Positions 45,386-54,100 of a stretch of 64,000 nt of DNA are shown one piece after another. The notes under the pieces were generated by a model. The model was given only the letters and a program-made list of their open reading frames with translations. It had not been told where the DNA came from and ran no database searches. A program made the translations under genes and the position numbers. The stretch comes from a virus. The stretch's first letter is position 1, and every line of letters starts with the position of its first letter. The stretch spans positions 1-64,000 of the IMG/VR virus record IMGVR_UViG_3300016471_001132; one strand, given 5' to 3'.

Positions 45386-45431
45386 TTAGAGTGGGTGGAG
45401 GTTGCCGCCTCGCGACCCGCACTATTACTTA
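45386..45431 (-). promoter_or_regulatory. structured leader hairpin of the HNH gene with a TAAGTA motif
   Basis: GGGU-CGC-GAGG-CGGCAA-CCUC-C-ACCC then ACUCUAAC; TAAGTA at 45426-45431. Confidence 0.4.
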
Positions 45432-45802
45432 TCGCGGAACAAGCGATTTATCCGAGCGATAGGATCTTCTTCCGCAGTTTCTTCCAAGGCGGCTTCCGAC
45501 TTGAAATATTTTTTGCCGAGAGATACCACATGGTCATCGTTGGCTCTTCGGATGGCTTCCATGCTGTTTTCAGCCGAAGCAATATAGTCATAAACTTCTT
45601 GTTTGAATTTGGGGAAGTTGGGATGCCCTTCCATCTTTGTACCTGGTGATTTTTGATTCAACTGCCTGATGGTGGAAGCAGCGACCTCTTTTGGAGTAGT
45701 GCCTGCGTTGACACGATTTTTCAAGAATGAACCGATGATACCTTCCGCCACACCTTGCTCGGCGGATTCGATAAGATTGATGTATTCGCGAAGTGTTTTC
45801 AT
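45425..45802 (-). CDS. CTS-tagged modular protein (125 aa, MKTLREYINLIE)
   Basis: QGVAEG and ALEE linkers bracket an insert module. Confidence 0.75.
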   Translation of the reverse strand: MKTLREYINLIESAEQGVAEGIIGSFLKNRVNAGTTPKEVAASTIRQLNQKSPGTKMEGHPNFPKFKQEVYDYIASAENSMEAIRRANDDHVVSLGKKYFKSEAALEETAEEDPIARINRLFRDK

Positions 45803-45808
45803 AGTCTA

Positions 45809-47596
45809 TTATTTATCCTTCCTTGCTTTGCCACGCCGCATGTTGAGTTGCCATTGTGCCATCCTGCGACGCTCGCCTGTGCTGCTCTTGGCTATCTTTT
45901 CCAGTTGGCCCAGCGTGGCTTTCTTGGGTATGCCCACTCTGCGACTCAGACCCTTGCGGCCAGGTTTCTTGCCATCTGCGAAATTTTCATCCAATGATTG
46001 TTTTTTAGCATAACGATTGGCCCAATTTGTATAACCATTGAAAGTATCAAAGGTTCCTTGACGATCTCGTAAGAATCGTTGTTCGGGCTTGGGTATTTTC
46101 CACACAGCAATGGGTTTCATCACGCCATAGTTAACAACATTCATATATCTTTGCATGAGATATTGTAGTGTCTGTGGTTTAAGTTTACTGATCAACCATT
46201 TGCCAGCCATGGCTATGGTTTCAAAACTTACATTGGGTTTAGATAACTCTGCTTTAAGATCCTCGGGTATGCCTTGAATCAATGCCGACAAGTTAAGCGG
46301 AAGATTTTTTGCCTTAACAAATTTTTCTAGCAGTCTTCCTAATTCATCCTCATCTGGCGATGTTTGTGAAAGACTCTTACCTGAAAATTCAAACACATAA
46401 CCATAGGGTTCTTGTTTGATATAATCAGCATATTGTTCATCTGGAACATCGCTCATAAAACTATATCTCACAGCGTTGCCAAACTCTTTTGACAGATACA
46501 CTCCTGGCAACGGAGAAAAGTTTTTACTTCCTTTGTATTTTTGTGCAATTAGTTCGGGATCAAACTTCAACCCATTTCTCATGATTCCTTGAGCATTGCT
46601 CAAACTAGGAGTTCCGTGATAAAGTGTAGAGGATTGGACCGAAATTGGTGGGGGTGCCATTTCTTTGACCCGACCATCGGCGAAGTTTTCGCCCATTTCT
46701 GCCTCCCAGACCTCCTTGCCTTTCCAGTGCCGGCGGCCCGCATCAGTCTGATTAGCGTTGGGCACGATCCGGCCCAGTTGAGACTTGGCGAAATCATACA
46801 TCACACGGGCGATGCCTTGGCCACGATAGCGTTCATCCACCTGGAGTTCTTCGCCTTCCCAACCATGACCAGTGTCAGTGAAGTAACCGCTGCCTAACTC
46901 GCGTTCGCCCGTGCCATCCATGGCAGTGACATACAGGGTTTTACCATCATCAGAATATTCGTACTGGATGTTGAGACCATCTTGGCTGGCTCGGGCTTCC
47001 GCAACCACAGGCTCGTCCATGAAATCGCTCAAGGGATCCACTATCACGAGTTGTCCGTTGGCACGCTGCATGATGTTGGCCACATTGCCGAGATCGTACT
47101 CATATTTGTCTGCTCGGCCACTGCCATACAGTTGATCCACGGCCTGGACCAAGCCATCCACTTGTTGTGCTGTCAGTCCTGCGGGCACCTGATCCAAGTC
47201 GGGATATTCACCGCGACCCATCTTGGCCATGGCCTGTTCCAGATAGTCTAGTACTGCTTGGTCACCGGGCAAGGAATACAGTCGTTCTTGTGTGTACATA
47301 TAGTAGGTTTTGCCGTTCCAACGCAGGGTCTTGTCTACACCCACTCGGGGAAAGTGTGGATTGCGTTGATGCTCACGGAAGAAGTTGACATATCTACGCA
47401 CCACATCTTGTCTCACATCGCTGCCCTGTCCCACTATCTTCAACACGGTGCGGCTGCCGGGCTTGGACATCACGATCTGATCGCGACCTTCGCCGTCGAT
47501 CTCCCAGCCCCGATCGGTGAATCTTTCGATGAGATCAGGATCCACCGTGAGTTCACCGGCGGCATTGACTTCGGAGATGAAATCTCGGGCTCTCAT
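45809..47596 (-). CDS. CTS-tagged polyvalent protein: kinase-like + GNAT + ADP-ribosyltransferase-like + basic tail (595 aa); start revised to MRARDFISE at 47596
   Basis: VLKIV...DLGNVANIM...LVIVDP; VDERYRGQGIA...QT..G; LYHGT...GVYLS...RY; ENFADG twice. Confidence 0.75.
   Translation of the reverse strand: MRARDFISEVNAAGELTVDPDLIERFTDRGWEIDGEGRDQIVMSKPGSRTVLKIVGQGSDVRQDVVRRYVNFFREHQRNPHFPRVGVDKTLRWNGKTYYMYTQERLYSLPGDQAVLDYLEQAMAKMGRGEYPDLDQVPAGLTAQQVDGLVQAVDQLYGSGRADKYEYDLGNVANIMQRANGQLVIVDPLSDFMDEPVVAEARASQDGLNIQYEYSDDGKTLYVTAMDGTGERELGSGYFTDTGHGWEGEELQVDERYRGQGIARVMYDFAKSQLGRIVPNANQTDAGRRHWKGKEVWEAEMGENFADGRVKEMAPPPISVQSSTLYHGTPSLSNAQGIMRNGLKFDPELIAQKYKGSKNFSPLPGVYLSKEFGNAVRYSFMSDVPDEQYADYIKQEPYGYVFEFSGKSLSQTSPDEDELGRLLEKFVKAKNLPLNLSALIQGIPEDLKAELSKPNVSFETIAMAGKWLISKLKPQTLQYLMQRYMNVVNYGVMKPIAVWKIPKPEQRFLRDRQGTFDTFNGYTNWANRYAKKQSLDENFADGKKPGRKGLSRRVGIPKKATLGQLEKIAKSSTGERRRMAQWQLNMRRGKARKDK
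45810..45815 (-). promoter_or_regulatory. TAAATA late-promoter-like motif
   Basis: 7 nt before the ATG; overlaps the upstream stop. Confidence 0.5.
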
Positions 47597-49047
47597 GCGG
47601 CCGCTCCGATCCAGGCGTTGATCTTGAATCCTTCGGGATTCAGCCGGAAAGCAGCCATAGTCCTGTGCCAACCTTCCACCAGTTCTAATCCGTTGGGGTG
47701 TTGCAACATGATCACTGGGGGGAGATTCTCCATGCCCTTGGCCTTGACTAATTCTATGGCCTGCTCCAAGCGTTCACGATCTCTGGGTATCATGAAGGGA
47801 TTTTTATTGCCAAAGTCTCGTTTGATCTTCATGCGATATCTAGTAGTAGGATCCAGCATATCGAAAGTCAAAGGCATCCGCTGCACCAACCGCCATTGAT
47901 CCGCCATGGTAGCCAACTCACGCACATGATCCAGTTTCAGTTCGAGATCCTGTGGTGACTTGATCTTGGATATCACCATATCTTTTAGCACATAGTCGGG
48001 CCAACCTGGTAATTCATCTCGCAGGATGTCCATGACACCACGCTGCACTTCTGTGATACCTGATCGCTTGCGTTCCCAAACAAATACGGTCATGTCTCCG
48101 GGCACGATCGTCAACTGCCACTGATCGCCCAGGATGTCTTGGATCACTGGCACGAAATATCGCTTGTACAGCTCGATGCGGCTGGCACCTTTGGCTGTAA
48201 ATGTGACCCGGGGTGGGCGTGCTGACTTCATGTACTGGGGTAACTGTTCGCGGACGATGTTCAGCACAGTGCTGAGGATGCGTATCACCGATCCACTGGC
48301 CTTTGTGGGCCGGGGTGGTGCTTCGTAGTTTTGATTCACTGTGAATGTGATCTGTAGGCTGTCATTGATAGGGCTGCGGTCAAAGAACACATCCACCCAT
48401 TGGCTGTCTACTGTGGCATGAAACAGGCTACGCCGCCTGCGACGATTGGGCTCATACTCGCTGGGTGAGTCACCTATCTCGTTCAGCGTACCCCTCACAC
48501 GATCAAAGAATGTGGGGTTGGGTGCACCCTTGACCTCGCCATGTCGTTTATGTTGTCCAGCATAGTCATAATAGCGACCCACCACATCAAACGCAGGCTC
48601 AAAGAACACTGCTTGTGGTGTGAGCCCACCTTTGAGTATGCCCACACGACGCTTGCCTGGGGGTGCGTCTCGGACCTCTCGAGGATCTCTATGCCCGATG
48701 GGCTGTAACCAAGCATCGGGTCGTTTCTTGACCAACCACACATAGGGAAAGTCCATGGCATATTCGCCCTGTGACATCATGCTGAGATAGGTTCGCAAGG
48801 GATAGAACCACAAAGCCCTGCGGCCACCTCCACGACTGCTTGTACCTATGCTCGAGACTGAGAAACTGGGATCATCGATTTCCACATGCCGCTTGAACTT
48901 CTGCCGATCGCTGAAACCTATTTTATCTACTTCGGTGAAACGCACGAAGTAGTCCCGGGGATCACCACCGTGTTGACGCACGGCATCCTGTATCTGTCCA
49001 CGGATGCTGGCCGCCTTACGCTCGGTGATGAATTCCTGTGCTCGCAT
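47593..49047 (-). CDS. CTS-tagged three-module protein (484 aa) with a C-terminal ParB/Srx-like module
   Basis: MRAQEFITE; LNE and ITE junctions; PPVI...LVEGWHR motif. Confidence 0.7.
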   Translation of the reverse strand: MRAQEFITERKAASIRGQIQDAVRQHGGDPRDYFVRFTEVDKIGFSDRQKFKRHVEIDDPSFSVSSIGTSSRGGGRRALWFYPLRTYLSMMSQGEYAMDFPYVWLVKKRPDAWLQPIGHRDPREVRDAPPGKRRVGILKGGLTPQAVFFEPAFDVVGRYYDYAGQHKRHGEVKGAPNPTFFDRVRGTLNEIGDSPSEYEPNRRRRRSLFHATVDSQWVDVFFDRSPINDSLQITFTVNQNYEAPPRPTKASGSVIRILSTVLNIVREQLPQYMKSARPPRVTFTAKGASRIELYKRYFVPVIQDILGDQWQLTIVPGDMTVFVWERKRSGITEVQRGVMDILRDELPGWPDYVLKDMVISKIKSPQDLELKLDHVRELATMADQWRLVQRMPLTFDMLDPTTRYRMKIKRDFGNKNPFMIPRDRERLEQAIELVKAKGMENLPPVIMLQHPNGLELVEGWHRTMAAFRLNPEGFKINAWIGAAA

Positions 49048-49101
49048 ATCAGTTATGTATAGGTCCGCCTTTCACCAACCTCTTCACCCCGGGTTGCTCT
49101 A

Positions 49102-49785
49102 TCACGAGTTAATCTGGTTCTGTACAATAAGGTCATGTGTTCTTTGGTTTAATTTAACTGTAAGAATCATAGAATAAACATGATTAGTAAAACTAAAAAC
49201 AGAATGTTCTCTTTGAAAGTTAACAAAATAAAAATATCCCGGATCAAAGTATGTAGGAACTCCCCCTAACATTTGAACAAAGTTTTCAGGTTTGCATTTT
49301 CCAAATACTGTAATTAATCTAATATATTCCGGACAAGCACCTACAAAGTCAACGTGTGGCGGAAAGTATCCGCCAGCGTCTAATTTTAGAAAATGTACTC
49401 TACCTATGTCAGGCTGAAACATATCAACTACGGGTTGTATCTGCGGCAATGCGTGATATACCTGCGTAGGTGTTGCAAAGTTCTCTTCCTTCATCTCAAT
49501 GTTGTGGTATTGTTGCATACCCCCAAAACTCTTAAGATGATAGTTATCCATTACATCTCCTGTATGACTAGTTATTGGGAGTCCCCATCTGGTACTATGT
49601 GTGTCTTCATTTTGACCTGGGGGCCGCTGTCCCCAGGACGGACTGTAAGGGCACCAGTTATTTTCAAATTGTGCAAGATCCTTTTCTAACTTAATGGGAT
49701 TAACAAACATTTTTAATTTAAAATATTCTCCCATATTAGCAAGGCTGTTGAACAACATGCCTCTTTCAAGCTCTTCGTATGTCAT
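49102..49785 (-). CDS. 2OG-Fe(II) oxygenase (aspartyl/asparaginyl beta-hydroxylase-like), low GC
   Basis: RVHFLKL..GG..PPHVD, RL, ..N...EHSV (HxD...H) motifs. Confidence 0.7.
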   Translation of the reverse strand: MTYEELERGMLFNSLANMGEYFKLKMFVNPIKLEKDLAQFENNWCPYSPSWGQRPPGQNEDTHSTRWGLPITSHTGDVMDNYHLKSFGGMQQYHNIEMKEENFATPTQVYHALPQIQPVVDMFQPDIGRVHFLKLDAGGYFPPHVDFVGACPEYIRLITVFGKCKPENFVQMLGGVPTYFDPGYFYFVNFQREHSVFSFTNHVYSMILTVKLNQRTHDLIVQNQINS

Positions 49786-49820
49786 TTAACTCTCTCTGAT
49801 AATATCTCATTAATTCTCAT
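49782..49820 (-). pseudogene. 12-aa CTS-only stub ORF MRINEILSERVK
   Basis: Copy of the 5' end of gene 50287..50757; its TGA overlaps the oxygenase ATG. Confidence 0.5.
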
Positions 49821-49867
49821 CTCTTCCAAACTTTGTTCTTGTAGGCCAGGAACTGCTTGAATTGTTC
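49801..49867. repeat. 67-bp direct repeat, copy 1
   Basis: 61/67 identical to 50738-50804 by manual alignment. Confidence 0.9.
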
Positions 49868-49873
49868 TCGCAT
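49817..49873 (-). pseudogene. 18-aa ORF MREQFKQFLAYKNKVWKR, a remnant of the 3' end of gene 50754..51158
   Basis: Matches EQFKQFLAYKKKVWKR; has its own ATG and an ATGA overlap. Confidence 0.5.
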
Positions 49874-49874
49874 G

Positions 49875-50285
49875 CTAATCCTTGGAGACAGGTCCGCCTT
49901 CGACCCAAGCATCACAGGTGCGCTTGGCAGCACACTTGAATTTCAGGAACTTGCAGTAGCCCAACTGTCCAGCGTCGATGGTGTCGTGGGGATCACTTCC
50001 AGGTTCACTGCCGATGCCCTTGGCTATGCAATCCAGCATGTCGGGGCTGATGTCAAAGGCCGCACAGTTGCCGCAGCGATTCTGTTTCACTGATTCGATA
50101 TCGTCGGTGTTCCACTTGTCGGCCAACTTCTGCCAGTATTCTTCGTTGGGTTCGTTGGGATTGAGAGGACCATAATGATATTCGTCTATGGCCTTCTGGC
50201 GATTCTCCAGATTGAGATCGATGTTCTGCGTGGCGGGTGGGCAGCCTTTTTCGATGGCTTCCAATAGGTTGATTATGTCTCTCAT
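49875..50285 (-). CDS. CTS-tagged Cys-rich (probable metal-binding) protein (136 aa); start revised to MRDIINLLE at 50285
   Basis: CPPAT, RCGNC..F, C..L.FKCAAKRTC.AW motifs. Confidence 0.75.
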   Translation of the reverse strand: MRDIINLLEAIEKGCPPATQNIDLNLENRQKAIDEYHYGPLNPNEPNEEYWQKLADKWNTDDIESVKQNRCGNCAAFDISPDMLDCIAKGIGSEPGSDPHDTIDAGQLGYCKFLKFKCAAKRTCDAWVEGGPVSKD

Positions 50286-50286
50286 G

Positions 50287-50757
50287 TTATCCACCATGCA
50301 TGCCTTGCTTGATGATGTGTCGGAGATCGCCCAAGGCCTCTTCTTCAGTGTCATAGCCACTGTTGTCCTTGCCCGAAGCATAGTGCCGCATGTAGTATTG
50401 ACCAACACCGGCACTGGATTCTCTGTCGATACCGACTTCGCCCACGGGCTGGCCTTTGTGTTTGACGATCTTGCGTTGTTGATCGGCATGACCTTCCTGC
50501 ACAGGTTTGATTGGTCCACGCAAGGTATCTATGAGTTCACCCCCAAAATCGGGGTCTCTCATGATGGCACGCACCCGGATGTCGCTCATGCCCATGCGTA
50601 GGAGTTCACGAGCAGCATCACTGAGTATGTCATCTTCCGAGGCCTTCAGATAACTTTTACCAGGATTGTTGTCCAGCATGGCTCTGCTGACCTGATATAT
50701 GGTGTTGTCTTGGCCTTCCGCCACACCTTGTTCTACTAATATCTCGTTGATTCTCAT
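50287..50757 (-). CDS. CTS-tagged two-module protein; start revised to MRINEILVE at 50757
   Basis: QGVAEG and VQEG linkers; ATGA overlap. Confidence 0.75.
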   Translation of the reverse strand: MRINEILVEQGVAEGQDNTIYQVSRAMLDNNPGKSYLKASEDDILSDAARELLRMGMSDIRVRAIMRDPDFGGELIDTLRGPIKPVQEGHADQQRKIVKHKGQPVGEVGIDRESSAGVGQYYMRHYASGKDNSGYDTEEEALGDLRHIIKQGMHGG

Positions 50758-50804
50758 CTCTTCCACACTTTCTTCTTGTAGGCCAGGAACTGTTTGAACT
50801 GTTC
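50738..50804. repeat. 67-bp direct repeat, copy 2
   Basis: Spans the junction between genes 50754..51158 and 50287..50757. Confidence 0.9.
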
Positions 50805-51158
50805 CAGGGTTGATTCATACTTGGCCAGCATCTCGGCCATCTCACTATCGGTCCGGGGCACGGGCCAAGCACGGATCACATCCAAGTCTGCTTCGATGCC
50901 GGGATCCATGCCCAGTCTTGTGCGGCCGATGCGTTCGGCCGTTTTCTCTATCATGTTGGCCACTGCCAGGATTTTTTCCAGCCTGCGGATCTCTGCTTGT
51001 AATGTGGCCAAGTCCTTGCCAGGGGCAGCAGGCACAGGAGCCACTGATATCTGTGCCACTTGTTCGCCGGGCTGATTCATGGCCTGTTTGATCTGCGTGA
51101 GAGCAGCCATGGCTCGATCTGTCAGTGGTGCTTCTGTAAGTATTTCTTGTACTCTCAT
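50754..51158 (-). CDS. CTS-tagged helical protein (134 aa, MRVQEILTE)
   Basis: Coupled to the 1608-aa gene (TAATG). Confidence 0.75.
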   Translation of the reverse strand: MRVQEILTEAPLTDRAMAALTQIKQAMNQPGEQVAQISVAPVPAAPGKDLATLQAEIRRLEKILAVANMIEKTAERIGRTRLGMDPGIEADLDVIRAWPVPRTDSEMAEMLAKYESTLEQFKQFLAYKKKVWKR

Positions 51159-54100
51159 TATCTCATCTCCGGCACTACTTCTGCTTCGTTGCCCAGCGTG
51201 CCTTGTCTATAACCTTGTTGTGCCAACCAGCGAGCAGCATATCTGTTGGCATCACTTTGCGAATTGCCTATGCCGTGGAATCTGGTAAGTTCACGCCCTT
51301 CAGCATCTCGCACGATCCAGTGGCCGGTCCACTCGCCCGGTGGCACATCAAGCCTGGCACGCACATCGTCAGCGTCTTGATTGTCATCTCTCTGCTGTTG
51401 GTTCTGTTGGCGTATGCGTTCCTGATCCATGCGATAGGTCTCGATCTCTTGTTGATCGGCCAGCCTGGCTCTGGCATCCTCATGACCAAAGTCGCTGTCT
51501 ATCATGGCGGCTTTTTGGATGGCTTCGGCTTGACTACGGGCCACGATGTTCTTTATCTTGCTGTGAAAGTTCACACGCCACAGTTGCTCGCCCACATCCC
51601 GGGTGCTGCGAGTCACACGCTTGGCCAACTCGGCTCTACGGCTGGGGGGTGCTTTGGGTTTTTTTGGTTCTTGGTGCACACGCACTTTCCACGTTGGATT
51701 CTGTGGTCTGAAGTTCGAATTGAAATATTTGATCGCTGCTTCGTCATCTTCGGCGTGGAATACACTGATCACGTTGCCAGATTCTGGGTCGTAGACATCA
51801 TAGTCTTTGTCGATGAAGGGAGGAATATCCTCTTCTTGCTCTGCATCCTGTTCGGCTCGCAGCACAGTTTCAGCCCACTGGCGCTTGAGTTCATCACCCG
51901 AGATGTAACCGGTGGAGTAGTCAGCGAACAATCGCATGAAAGGATCCTCGTCTTCGGTCTCGATACGGGTCTGGAATCTGGTATCCTTGGCACCTTTGGC
52001 TATCTCGGCACCTTTGTAGCCCGACAGCATTTTGTAGAGTTTCTTGGCATATTCTTTACGGTGCAGTTCGGGACTGCCGGCTATGCTCATGGCATAGGCC
52101 AAGCGTAACATGGTGTTTTCCAAGGTGCCTTCGATCTCGCTTTCTTTAGAGAGATAGTCTCCGCCAGGACCGCGGAACTCGATGTAGCCATCGTGTGGAT
52201 TCACGCTCACATACTTTTCGCCCAGCACACCACGCTGGAGTTCACGGTCGGCCAACTCGATGAGATTTTTCTTCATCAGTTCCATAACACCCGCGATCTG
52301 CTTGGGACCGGCTCTTTTCATGCTGGAGATCTTGTTTTGCAGTCGTTCGTAGGCGGACCGGGTGTAGTAGTTGCTGGCCCGGTCGAACTTGTCCAGCAGG
52401 TCCCGGTCGCCCATGAACAGGATCAGTTTGATGGGATCCACATCTCCGCCCTTGAACGGCAGACTCACGCCCATGTGCAGGCCGGTACTGCTGTTGGTAT
52501 AAGCATCACCGGAGCCATTGGCCCAGTCTATGACCTTGTTCAGTTGCTCGATGGCTTCAGGCAAGGGCATGGGAGGTGATACGATCTCCAAGCCGTAGTC
52601 TTCCGAGTCATCGGCATCCAGGCTGCCATCGGGTTCGATCACATAATAATCGCCACGACGGGTGCCGTGATAGCCCGAGCTCACACGCACATCCAGGCCA
52701 GTGGCACGCTCCAGGCTGTTGGCGATGTCCCGCCATTCACGCTCGCCACCATTGCCACCGCCTTCGGTCCAGTAGGGCCATTCCAGGCTCCACTCGTTGC
52801 TGACATCACTCATGTAGCGCATGCCCGAACTATCTAGCCAATCGGCTTGGTCGGCTTCGGCAGCATATTCGTCATAGAGTTCTTCCCTAGCACGGTCATA
52901 CCAGTCGCCACTGCGATCCCAATCACGCTCGGCATCGTCACGGAACAGTTGAACGGCCTGCTTTTCCAGTTCTTCATCTGAGATTTCTTCGTCGCCCAGG
53001 GCATCACGGGCCTGCTCTCGATATTCGTCGTCGACTTCGGGCCAGATGTTGTCATCGACCCAACTCATGTATCGATCCATGTCAAAGTAGTTTTCGATGA
53101 AACTGTCGTTGACCCAGTCATAGAACTGTTCAGTCAAATCTTGCGACAAGCGATCGGCCGCTCGGGCCGAAATACCATTGTCGCCGCCACGGAAGAAGTC
53201 GATGATTTCTTGGATGCTGGATGCACGCTCGTCCATGTCCCAGTCGGGCTCGCTCTCGCCACCGTCGCCGTCGTGCTGGGTGTCGCGGAATATGAGTTCG
53301 GCCTCGAAGCCAGCACGGATACCCTTGGCAGCATCACTGTTGAGGAATTTTTTGAACGCCGATGGACTCATCTCTACTTCCATGAGATCTTCATCTTCAG
53401 CAAGGCTTTCTACACTGAATGGACTCATATCTTCTACTGGAATAATTTTGGCTGTGATGGCAGGTTGTTTGGTCAGGATGGCTTTATGTGCCCTATGCGT
53501 TCCGTCAGCGATCCATAAACTACCATTCTTCCGTCGAACCACGATAATGGGATACTTGAGATCGGCTTTTGCCACTCGAGATTGCGATTGTGCAGGGTCT
53601 TCTTCGCGACCAACAATTTGGTCGTGGAACTGCGTAGGATCGACTTTTTCAGTTGGATATTTTGCAGCAAAATCTACTAAATCTTTTATGTTGAAACGGA
53701 ATGATTCGCCATCAATACCAATACCTGCAGTTTGATCCAGGCCAGATCCTTCCGACACTTTCACACAGTTGGGAACCTGGCGGTCGCCCTTCCGTTTCAT
53801 ACCTTGTTGTTTGTATCCTGACCAGCAATCTTCGTCGGTCTTGACGCTCTCTAATAGATTGTTCAACTTCTTCATCAGCAGCGGAGGAACACCAGCGGCG
53901 TCGGTCTTGAATCCCATCTTCCGAGCCTGGCGTTGGATCTCACCTGGTTTTATATCCTGCGTGATGGCCATGCTATATCTTGGATCTCGCGCTTCTCGGT
54001 CGTCGATGGGAATGTAGCCGGTGGCTTCGTTCACAGGCTGTTCACCAGCAGCACGGATGTCGGGTATGGGCAAGCGTGTGGGTTGATCAGTGTGACCACC

